From a virus, in the IMG/VR virus record IMGVR_UViG_3300023196_002944, positions 1 to 64,000 of that record: a stretch of DNA of 64,000 nucleotides; one strand, 5' to 3'. The position numbers and the translations under genes are program-made. Below are positions 27,392 through 36,800 of this stretch, one piece after another; position 1 is the first letter of the stretch, and the number at the start of each line of letters is the position of its first letter. The notes under the pieces are model-generated. The model made no database searches and had not been told where the DNA came from. It saw nothing but the letters and a program-made list of their open reading frames with translations.

Positions 27392-28549
27392 ATGGGCCGT
27401 CGCAAGTATATCCTGCTAGGAGATCAGAAAAGGGCAGCAGGTATGCTGCCCTTTGCGTATCGATTGGCAGATTCTCTGGCTGCACAAGACAGACGGCATG
27501 CTCGTCGGGAAATGCTTGACGGCACGTGGGTCGAAGTCACGCGCTACTCTGCCAGTGGACTGGAAGACATCCGCATCTTCGGCGGTTCGGGCTACGGTGC
27601 TGGATCGTACATCGTCGTTGAAGCGGATTATGTCCGCGACGGTGTAGATACGATTTGGGGTTCCCCTCTCGGCACCCAACCGGGCTACCGAAATTACTTC
27701 GTCTATGCTGTGGATGGGTACACTGCCAAGACGAATCTACTGTTCTGGTTCTATGGCGGCGATTCGCCTATGAGCAGCGCCATCGGCTCACGTGGGGCCA
27801 GCACACCTCCGCCAATTATTTATCCCTACTTTTTCAACAACGCGTTTGAAGGCAACGGGGGGTTACTGCATTTGCATGTAGATAACCACTACAGCAACAC
27901 GACTGGAGGCATGTACGCCGAGTATCTATTCGTGTCGGACACGCGGGACTTCGGCTCTTATACAGCAACCGTGGAAGGCTGGCAGATTTGGGTTGGTTTT
28001 GGTGAAGCCACATGGCCAGTAACCGTCTATGACGGTACGCTGCTAGGGCACATCTTCCTCCCCCCTGCACAGCGGATGGCAGCGAACCAAATTCGTGGCG
28101 ATGAAACGTGGACATGGTCCTACAACATCAAGACGCAGGAGAGTGACACACCCGATTGGACTCCCCTGATTGGGTACAAAATCGCCAACACCAACTACTA
28201 TGGCTATACCTCAAATTTCTGGAATACGTGGGTCGATTTCAATAACGGTTCGCACTTCCCTTATGCGATCTACAACCCTGACGGCGCGGGCACGGATGGC
28301 TACGACATTTACGGGCGAAGTGATGATTCAATCATTCGCGCTTTGAACGACATTGCCTACGACATGATCAGTTTCTTTAACTGGCGCGAAGTAAAATTAT
28401 TCTGCGCTCTCGACTACCGTATTGGCGCGACAGAAGCCTATGGGGACATCGGTTTGTTCTCGGTCGACATCGTCGACTCCATTGGTGACGTTGGAGCGCA
28501 CCTTGCTGGCTTCTGTGTATGCCCCCGGTGCCATTTCATTTATATGTGA
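27392..28549 (+). CDS. Aromatic-rich putative tail/receptor-binding protein, N-terminal part
   Basis: 385-aa Y/W/G-rich ORF with an atypical Cys-rich last ~20 aa; overlaps the next ORF by 128 nt. Confidence 0.6.
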   Translation: MGRRKYILLGDQKRAAGMLPFAYRLADSLAAQDRRHARREMLDGTWVEVTRYSASGLEDIRIFGGSGYGAGSYIVVEADYVRDGVDTIWGSPLGTQPGYRNYFVYAVDGYTAKTNLLFWFYGGDSPMSSAIGSRGASTPPPIIYPYFFNNAFEGNGGLLHLHVDNHYSNTTGGMYAEYLFVSDTRDFGSYTATVEGWQIWVGFGEATWPVTVYDGTLLGHIFLPPAQRMAANQIRGDETWTWSYNIKTQESDTPDWTPLIGYKIANTNYYGYTSNFWNTWVDFNNGSHFPYAIYNPDGAGTDGYDIYGRSDDSIIRALNDIAYDMISFFNWREVKLFCALDYRIGATEAYGDIGLFSVDIVDSIGDVGAHLAGFCVCPRCHFIYM

Positions 28550-29237
28550 AACATTCCTTGAGTCCGATGAATCAAATGTCGTCGGGTTTGTTCTCAGCTT
28601 CAACGATGAGTTCGCCAAAGCGGGATGGCGGGCTGACTTCTACGTAGGCACGACCTTGAGCGCGGCCACGAAGCTGTTCAGCATCAACGCCAAGACCGAC
28701 CTGATCAATGGATACGATCCTGATGACCCTGACCTTCAGGCTGAACACTCAGGCTTTTTGACTTTTTTCTGGAGCTGCAAGTGGTTCGTCCTGCTGGATG
28801 CTACTCCCGGCGCACGTATTTTTGGTTTCGCTATGACGAACACCAACTCATATCTTGGGTACCCCAACATCATCGCTCGTTACCACGAAGCCACAGATGA
28901 CATTCAGATTCTGTACAAGAGCAACAAGCCCTACACGTCTAACTCACATTGGTGGCATACCCGTGAATACGACGCGCAGGCCGGAGATGCAGGTACTGGG
29001 TACACCAACAGCATGATGTATCTGGAGTGGTCCTATGACACCTACGGTTCGGGGAAGTACATGCTGCCACCGAAGATTGTTAATATGGATAGTGGAGAAA
29101 TAGCTGACCTTGGCACTCGTCCGGTTTATTACCCAGCAAGTATTTCGTCGAGTCCGGGGTCGTGGCGTCTAGGCTACAAGTGGCCGGGCATATGCTGTAT
29201 ACAATCAGATAGTCATTCGCTGCCGCTGACACCCTAA
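28422..29237 (+). CDS. Probable C-terminal continuation of the 27392 gene in the +1 frame
   Basis: Same Y/W/G-rich composition; no convincing start codon with RBS. Confidence 0.5.
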   Translation: MARQKPMGTSVCSRSTSSTPLVTLERTLLASVYAPGAISFICETFLESDESNVVGFVLSFNDEFAKAGWRADFYVGTTLSAATKLFSINAKTDLINGYDPDDPDLQAEHSGFLTFFWSCKWFVLLDATPGARIFGFAMTNTNSYLGYPNIIARYHEATDDIQILYKSNKPYTSNSHWWHTREYDAQAGDAGTGYTNSMMYLEWSYDTYGSGKYMLPPKIVNMDSGEIADLGTRPVYYPASISSSPGSWRLGYKWPGICCIQSDSHSLPLTP

Positions 29238-29251
29238 TGAGGGCATGAATT

Positions 29252-29935
29252 ATGGCATTTGAAGTAACTGGCACTGGTAGCCCTGACCTAAAAGCACTAG
29301 AGGGCTGGGGCTGGGGTCAGCAATCGACTGACACCTACAACAACGCAGGTTGGGCGGATGCTGATATAGCGTCGCTCACAGCCTTCGGCCACAACTCGCC
29401 GGTCGCAGGCTTTCCTGCCTTTGGCCTGATCGCTTCAGGTTCGGTCGTTACGCAGGGGGGAGAATTCGTCTTCCCAGCCGTGACTCTGATTGGAGAGAGC
29501 GGTGGCACGCAGGACAATGCTGTCATCGGCTGGTCGGTGTCGGTTACGGGCACCTCTCTTGCACTAGGCCGCGCCCCCGACCTTCGCTTCCCAGCTTTCA
29601 CGCTAGAAGGTAACGGGCTGACAGGTGCCCGTGGCACAGCAGAATTCTCCGTGCCTGACTTCCTGCTGGCAGGTTACGGTGCCGGTAATGCCATACTAAG
29701 TTGGCCGCTGTTCACTCTGAATGGCAACGGCGTTGCGATGGAAACGGGCGTCCTGCAGGACGAGTTTGAATGTGACTTCATCAATCTGTTTCCCATCACG
29801 TGGACCGTCACAGGCAGTGGCACCGTCGTGCCTTCCGGTAATGCCGTTGCTCCGTTCCCCAGTTTCACCGTTTCGACGACCCCACTACAAAGCATTACGT
29901 TCCCTGCGTTCTGGATTGATGGGAGAGCCGCATGA
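29252..29935 (+). CDS. Gly-rich repeat structural protein (FPAFTLxGxG repeats)
   Basis: About 8 recurrences of (F/W/V)P-x-F-T-L-x-G-x-G-like units; GAGG RBS. Confidence 0.65.
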   Translation: MAFEVTGTGSPDLKALEGWGWGQQSTDTYNNAGWADADIASLTAFGHNSPVAGFPAFGLIASGSVVTQGGEFVFPAVTLIGESGGTQDNAVIGWSVSVTGTSLALGRAPDLRFPAFTLEGNGLTGARGTAEFSVPDFLLAGYGAGNAILSWPLFTLNGNGVAMETGVLQDEFECDFINLFPITWTVTGSGTVVPSGNAVAPFPSFTVSTTPLQSITFPAFWIDGRAA

Positions 29936-30423
29936 CTGACACCATCTACACCATGAATCTTCGTCACAAGGGAATGACGAAGTACACGCACATGCCGTTC
30001 ACGCGAATCGTGCGGTTCAAGGACAAGATTGTTGGCATCGCCCCGGATGGCATCTACACCATTAGCAAGGATGTGACAGCAGCCAACGGCGTGAATATCG
30101 ACAGCTTTGTGGCCACCGGCCAGATGGATTTCAACTCTAAGACCATCATCGGGACCAGACAAAAGCGCGTGCCGGCGGTATACGTTGGGTACCGCTCCAC
30201 AGGTGATATACTGATTTCATTGCAGGATGATGCGAAGACGGCACTGGCCTACACGCTGCGTAAGAACCGCACGGACAAGCTGGTGCAACGCCGCATCATC
30301 GCGGCACGTAATCGTCGCGGCCGTTATTGGAAGGTGACATGGCAAAATGTCGATGGGTGCACCTTCGACATTGACAACACCGAGTTGATTGTTGAGGTTC
30401 TGAAACGGAGGCTGAGTACATGA
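29932..30423 (+). CDS. Putative tail structural protein
   Basis: ATGA-coupled; YTMN...TKY...F, TGQMDF, KRVPAVYVG, RGRYW motifs typical of podophage tail proteins. Confidence 0.6.
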   Translation: MTDTIYTMNLRHKGMTKYTHMPFTRIVRFKDKIVGIAPDGIYTISKDVTAANGVNIDSFVATGQMDFNSKTIIGTRQKRVPAVYVGYRSTGDILISLQDDAKTALAYTLRKNRTDKLVQRRIIAARNRRGRYWKVTWQNVDGCTFDIDNTELIVEVLKRRLST

Positions 30424-32321
30424 CTGCTGAAGCCACAGTTAATAACATCATTGAAGATGCACGGACTTACGCGGAAGAGAGCTACGATAATGGCGTCGGT
30501 CTGATCTCCGCCGCTATCAATGCTGCGCGTGGGTATACCTACATCACACTGGAGGCAAATCTTCCACAAATCGATGAAGTTGAGATTGCTACGATCCCCG
30601 ATCCGGGCGACTTTACCGGGGTACTGGAAGCGCCGGGCACAGCACCTGTCCTCGGGGCATTCGGCCCAGTTCATATCCCGGTCTTCAGCGACCTCCGCGA
30701 TGCGCCAGAGGCAATCGACACGTCGGGCCTTTTTCAGCATCCGTTACCTGACGGCTCGTTACCAACTCTCGAAGCGCAGGAACCGACGCTCACGGACCCG
30801 AATCTTCCTGTTACGCCCGTTCTGCAGGACATCACGTTCCCTACGCTTCGCCCCATTGACTCGCCAGATGCGCCCAGCATCTCGTTGCCTGTCTTTGATG
30901 GCGTCCGTCCGCAGAACCCCCCAACGGCACCAAATGACTTGAAGTGTATGTTTGAAGATGCCTACAACTCTATGTTGCCGGAGATGCAGTCATACATCGA
31001 CAATCAGGTGCTGTCTTTCATCGAACGGTATTACCCAGACTACAGCGCCAACATGAGCAAGGCACAACTGCGGCTGGAGGAAATGCTAGATGGCAAGGCA
31101 CTACCTGAAGAAATTGAGCAGGCAATCTTCGACCGGGCACGGGGGCGGGTTAACCGGGAAGTTGTCCAGTCGGAAAGTACTGCGTTTGACATCTTTGCCA
31201 AGCGCGGTTTCTCCATGCCCCAAGGCATGTTGGCCGAAGAACTCTCACGGGGACATCAAACGGCTGCGGACCGAAACGCTGCTGCTGCTACGGAAATTGC
31301 CATAAAGCAGGCTGAACTTGCTCAGAGCAATTTGCAGTTTGCTATCTCGTCTGTGCTGAGTCTGCAGGAAGGTGTCCGCAGTGCAGCAATCCAGTATGCC
31401 TCGACCCTCGTCTCCACGAACGGAGCGGCGCTGCAGTATGCGCAGGGTCTGGTGGGCTCGGCTATCGAGTTGTACAACGTGCAGGTAAAGCAGTTTCAGG
31501 TCGAGGTCGACCTGTATCGGGCGTACGCCAGCGTCTATGAATTGGAGATCAAGTCGGAATTGGCGAAGATTCAAATCTTCGAATCCGAGGTTCGGCTGGC
31601 TGAGTTGCAGGGCACGCTGAACAAACTCGACGTGGAACTCGTCGCCCAGCAGGTAGCCGTATCCAAGAGTCGGATTGAACTCTACGCTGAAGAGATCAAT
31701 GGTGTGAAACTCACGCTCGACGTGCAGGAACAGCAACTTGATTTGTACAAGGCACAAGTGGATGCCTACTTGGCCAAAGTGAAGGTCAAAGAGTCGGAGT
31801 TCCGTATCTATGAAGCGGCGATGAATGGCGACACGATGAAGGTCCGCGCCAACATCGCTGAGTTCGATGGGTTCCGCTCCGAGGCCGCAGCTTTGACGGC
31901 TGGTGGCCAGCTTGAGGTTGCCCATATGAGTGGTGACATCACACGTAACACGAACATCGTTGACGTCTACAAGGCCGAAATTGCGCAGTATGCTGCGAAC
32001 CTCGACTTCAACAAGACGACCTTCGAAGCTGACCTCAAAGCTTACCTGTCCTATCTGGACCGGTACCGAATCCGCATCGACAGCGAAATCGCAGAGGCAA
32101 AGTTGATTCTTGATCAGCGGCTTGGAAACGCCGATATAGCTCACAAGGAAGCACGGCATGACCTCGACCGGGCCATCACGAACAGCTCAAACTTCGTGAA
32201 GCTGACTGACATCGAAGCCACTACGACAATGCAGGGTGCCAAGGTGTATGCTGCTATTGCAGAGGCTGCAATTTCTGCACAGCACACCATGGTGCAACTG
32301 GTGAACCAGACGGTTCAGTGA
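30420..32321 (+). CDS. Pro-rich/coiled-coil virion protein (633 aa)
   Basis: Pro-rich N-terminal third, RGFSMP.G motif, long heptad-like region. Confidence 0.65.
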   Translation: MTAEATVNNIIEDARTYAEESYDNGVGLISAAINAARGYTYITLEANLPQIDEVEIATIPDPGDFTGVLEAPGTAPVLGAFGPVHIPVFSDLRDAPEAIDTSGLFQHPLPDGSLPTLEAQEPTLTDPNLPVTPVLQDITFPTLRPIDSPDAPSISLPVFDGVRPQNPPTAPNDLKCMFEDAYNSMLPEMQSYIDNQVLSFIERYYPDYSANMSKAQLRLEEMLDGKALPEEIEQAIFDRARGRVNREVVQSESTAFDIFAKRGFSMPQGMLAEELSRGHQTAADRNAAAATEIAIKQAELAQSNLQFAISSVLSLQEGVRSAAIQYASTLVSTNGAALQYAQGLVGSAIELYNVQVKQFQVEVDLYRAYASVYELEIKSELAKIQIFESEVRLAELQGTLNKLDVELVAQQVAVSKSRIELYAEEINGVKLTLDVQEQQLDLYKAQVDAYLAKVKVKESEFRIYEAAMNGDTMKVRANIAEFDGFRSEAAALTAGGQLEVAHMSGDITRNTNIVDVYKAEIAQYAANLDFNKTTFEADLKAYLSYLDRYRIRIDSEIAEAKLILDQRLGNADIAHKEARHDLDRAITNSSNFVKLTDIEATTTMQGAKVYAAIAEAAISAQHTMVQLVNQTVQ

Positions 32322-32337
32322 GCGTTGGAGAATTGAT

Positions 32338-33849
32338 ATGCCGCATACGCCAAATCATTTTGTGAACACACCTGTAGGCCCGACGCCAGCCCCTCGGTCA
32401 CGTCGGCCAGCGCCTTCATTCACTACAGGAATCAATGAACTGGTTTCGGGGGTCACGAATCTCCGAAAAGGGTTTCGAGCCGACGTGGAAAGCAGGGCGG
32501 GACAGCCACCGATAGGTGCCATGGAATCTATCCTCTCGGGACGTGGACTTACAGGCACAGTCAAACAGCCAACTATACCCCCAGAAGCGCAATTCCGTGG
32601 GGAGTCAGGCAGCAACGTCCAGACTGGCGCTGCGCCGCTCACTGGCTCTGCCCGTTTCTCGTCGGCTGGAGCGACCAATCCTGAGCAGCCAATGAACGTG
32701 GCTGGCAACAAACCTACATCAGCCTACCTTCTATCTGAAGAGGCTGCGCGAGACGCTGTTGTCGAGGCCAAAACAAATCAGCGATTTGGAGAAGACAAAT
32801 ACCCAACCCATCCCGCTTCCACGTCGCCCCATGGGTTCATGCGCAGAGGGGGAGATCAGCCGTTTCGATTTGACCCTGACCCCAACCGGGCGGATGAAAT
32901 GAATCGGCTGCAGTCGCCGGAGTATCTTCGCTACCTGAAACAGCAAGGCGCAGAACGGTTGCCGGAAGGCGTCAACTTCAGTGCCGAAACTGGATTTACC
33001 AGTGGCGGCGGATACGGTTCAGGCAAGACTCCACAATCAGCGCAGTATGACCGCGCTGGCGAAGCTGAATTGATTAGAGGGCGGCGTGCTGACACCGCTG
33101 CTTTCATCGAAAGTCGAGGCGGCGGGGCAGAAGGGCGGCGCGAAACCAATCTGCGCCGCAAGGCTAATGCTCGTCTGTCAGGCAACATGGGCATCGTAAG
33201 CTTCGTGACGGCCGCAGCCAACCGCAAAAATGCTCGTGATGAACTGACGCAGTTGACTACCGAAAAAGGCCGTGATCGTCGCGCCTTCCTCGCTGCTGAT
33301 ACCAGTCGCGCAAACGTAAGAGATCAGCAGAGCGGTGCGCTTGATCGGACGCTGATCGGTGAGCGGGGAGACACGAATCGTGCTGTGTACAAGGCAGAAC
33401 AGACCGAACGGTTGGAATCGTTCAAGCAAGGTAAACTCGACGCCCGTAATCTGTTCTCCGAAGCGGCCAAGACCAACCGCGAACTGCTGAAGCAAGAGTT
33501 TACTGCGCTGAAAGAAGTGGCTGGTAGTCGCCGTAAATTGATCACTCGTGTAGCAGAACAGCATGACTCCAACGAAGCTGATTTGATAAGTTACATTGTC
33601 GATGGTGTGCGACCGGGCATAAACCAGCAGCGCGCCGAACAGAATAAAGCCCCGCTAGGCACTGATCCCGGCTTGTGGAATGATGGTGATCTGGCACTGG
33701 CACTCAGTTCTGCGGGGCCATTCCTCGCACGGCAGGCTTCCAGCAGAACTTTCTTTGGCGATCCTGCTATCGATGCTGTTGACGCACGCCGTGAAGCGGG
33801 CTCAAATTACTTCTCTTCGCGTCGCCGGAACGACAACTCCAAAGACTGA
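32338..33849 (+). CDS. Putative internal virion/ejection protein
   Basis: 503 aa, A/R/G-rich and low complexity; directly before the giant gene. Confidence 0.55.
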   Translation: MPHTPNHFVNTPVGPTPAPRSRRPAPSFTTGINELVSGVTNLRKGFRADVESRAGQPPIGAMESILSGRGLTGTVKQPTIPPEAQFRGESGSNVQTGAAPLTGSARFSSAGATNPEQPMNVAGNKPTSAYLLSEEAARDAVVEAKTNQRFGEDKYPTHPASTSPHGFMRRGGDQPFRFDPDPNRADEMNRLQSPEYLRYLKQQGAERLPEGVNFSAETGFTSGGGYGSGKTPQSAQYDRAGEAELIRGRRADTAAFIESRGGGAEGRRETNLRRKANARLSGNMGIVSFVTAAANRKNARDELTQLTTEKGRDRRAFLAADTSRANVRDQQSGALDRTLIGERGDTNRAVYKAEQTERLESFKQGKLDARNLFSEAAKTNRELLKQEFTALKEVAGSRRKLITRVAEQHDSNEADLISYIVDGVRPGINQQRAEQNKAPLGTDPGLWNDGDLALALSSAGPFLARQASSRTFFGDPAIDAVDARREAGSNYFSSRRRNDNSKD

Positions 33850-33860
33850 GGTAACGCCCC

Positions 33861-36800
33861 ATGGCGAACGACCGTAGATTCTCAGCGACTAATGCGCTGA
33901 CGCCTCGTACCATAGACGCCGACACCATCGATCTGAGGGGTCGGCGTCATCGTCTCTTCGGTGTCGGTGCCTCGGAGATGAGTACGGCTTCCGGCCGCGA
34001 GGCCACACGTCGCGCCAGTGAGTTCCTATCTCGCCCCGGCGTCACAACGCGAACTCATGGGACGGGGTACTTCGGCCGAGCGCTATCAGAGGCTATCGGT
34101 CCTGATGGCGAGAATCTGAATGCCCGTCTTATCGAAGAAGGGCTGGCAATCTCTAGAGATTATACGGGCGTTGGAAACATCTACCCCGATGCCACGGCGA
34201 AGAGCAGACGCGAAGGCGAAGTTCCCAGTCGTGCTGCGCAGTTCCTTGAAGCCCGTGCTGCGCAGCGTGGGGACGTAGCTACTAAGTTCGACGAGAAATA
34301 CGTTCCCCCAGAAGCCACGGTCACGCAGGCTCTGGGAGTCGGTGTCCGCTCTGGCGTCGACAGCCTGCAAGCTGGTGCCTACGGTATGGCCTCGGCGCTG
34401 GCCAGTATCATTTCCCCGCCTGCTGACCAGCAACCCAGTGATGACAGCGCGATTGAACGATTCGGTCGTCGCAAGCGGAATGACTTTGAGAATGGGTTCA
34501 TTCGTAACAGCATCGAAGCTTCGCAGGTGCATGTAGCGCAGTCGCTCAAAGAACTGACGGAAGGTGAAGACACCACGTTTGGTGACTGGGCACGGTGGGC
34601 CGCATTCAACGTCGGTGTTGGCGCTCCCTCGCTTGTAGCCATGGCAGCTACTAGTGGCACTGGTTTCGCCGCAGGAGCAGGCTTACGTGCTCTCAGCCTC
34701 GGTGTGGCCCGATCCCTCACCAAGAAAGGCATGAGTCGCGCTACGGCGAAACAGATGTCAAAAGGCATCATGACCAATCTGCCGAAATACGGTGCCCGCA
34801 TGGGAGCCATGATGGGGTCTGGCGTACCGCAGGGCGGTCAGATTTACGAGACGGTCAAGAATGATTACGGCGTTGATTCTGTAGGCACCGCCCTGACGAC
34901 AGCCGTCATCACAGGTGGGCTGGATGTGGTTGGGCTGGAGTATGTCCTAAGAGGGCTGTTACCTGACCCGAAGAAGTACCTGTCAGAATCCATCGCTGTG
35001 AACCTCGCCAAGATGATGGCAGGCAGTTCCGCCCGAGGCATTCTTGCAGAAGCCCCGGTCGAAGCACTGCAGGAAGTCACGGCGTTGGTAGCCGAAGGCA
35101 TCCATGATCCTGATGAACTGATCATGGAGAAACTGACTTCGGAAGAAGGTCGGTGGCGCATCCTTGAAGCGGCTGCGGCCGGCGCTGTGTTCGGTGGCGT
35201 GTTCGGCGGCTCTGGTGGGGTCATGTCCTACGGCCTGCAGGGTCTGCCGACGAAGCAGAAGAAAGCTAAGACCCCAGCACCAGATGCCCCGCCGCCTGAT
35301 GCCCCGCCGCCTGCTATTGAGCCGCCTGATGCCCCGCCGCCTGCTGGTGCGCCGCCTGCTGGTGCGCCGCCTGCTGGTGCGCCGCCGATTGGTATTGTCT
35401 CGCCGGGCGAAGGTCCACCCCCTGATGATGGCGTACCACCAATCGGTGTCGATCCACGCAATCCGACAGCGCCACCGATCGGCCTGACGCCAACCGAAGA
35501 AGGTCGACCTGCGCCTGAGACTGTGGAGGTTTCAGAAAGAGCAACCGACGTCGAGGGCAAGCACACCTTCAGCAAGCCGCGTGAGGCGATGGAGTTCGCC
35601 AAGAACGTAAAGAAACTGTACCCCGCAGCACAGGTCAAACAGACTCGTCTTGAAGTCGAAGTGAAATTCCCAATTGATGAGGCTCCGACTGATACCGGAG
35701 TAGACCCGCGTGCTGCAAAGCCGACTGAGGCTCCAACCACTACGTCCCCAGTCGCTGAGACGCCAGCACCCGAGGCTCCCAAGACTGAGGCTCCAGTTGC
35801 TGCGCCTGTCGAGTTCAATGAAGGTGATAAAAAGCGTGGGCACAAAACAAAGCAGGAAGATCACGAAGTTGCGCTTGCCGACGGTTCTAGGCATGTCGTT
35901 AAAGGTCGCACTGTTGTGCCGCCAGAAGGTTTTGAAGACGTTCGGCTCATCGTCCACAAGATTGTAGGCGGAAAAGAATGGAAAGTTACAGAACTCGAAA
36001 CTGGATACGGTATTGGTGGCACCTCCGCAACCATGAAAGAAGCCGTCGCAAACGCAAAGAAAAAGCTAAAAGATGTTGGGCGTACAGAATTCGATCTCGC
36101 TTTTGCAAGAACGCAGGAAAAAATTGCTGGTAAGGAAGCTCCGAAGACCGAAGCTCCGAAGACCGAAGCTCCGAAAGTTCCAAGGACTCCTGAAGAGTTC
36201 AAAGCGCAGCAGGAACAACGTCGTGTTGAATCTCAGGAGCGCGCTGAAAAAGAAATCGCTGAAGTCGAAGCAGCGGGCGGTAAGGCCCGCAAGTCCAAGG
36301 GCGGCGACAAACGCGGCATCATGGAGTTTGCTGATCGTGACAAGTTCGTTGCTTATCTGAAAGGAAAAGGCCGCGAAGATTTTATCATTGAAAATATCCT
36401 GCGTGGGCAGAGTGGCCCGTTTACTCACTTGATGGAGTATGCGCAGACTGAACACTTCACTGCGAAGCCTGCTGCGAAGCCTGCTGCGAAGCCTGCTGCG
36501 AAGCCTGCTGCGAAGCCTGCTGCGAAGTCCGAAGTTAAATTTCTATCTAACGAAGACAAAGATGCGCTGATCGCTGTCGAAGGTGTCGTCAGCAAACTGC
36601 CGCAGGTTTTGCGCTCTCGTATAGTCAATGTAGTAGCGAAGTCCCTCGGCATAGGTGCTATCAATGAAGGACAAGTCATTGAGTGGGCAAACCGCACTTA
36701 CGGAACAAACTTCAACATAGAAGCCAAGCCTTCAGATGTAAAGAAACCTGCTGCCAAGTCTGAACCGCACGAAGCTGATCCCGGTGTAAACCCACGTGCG

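Noticed and set aside
31245-32159. Long antisense ORFs (also 5999..6628, 20735..21418, 35228..35845, 57332..58039)
   Set aside because: They are shadows of GC-rich or low-complexity genes on the opposite strand, with no RBS or motifs.
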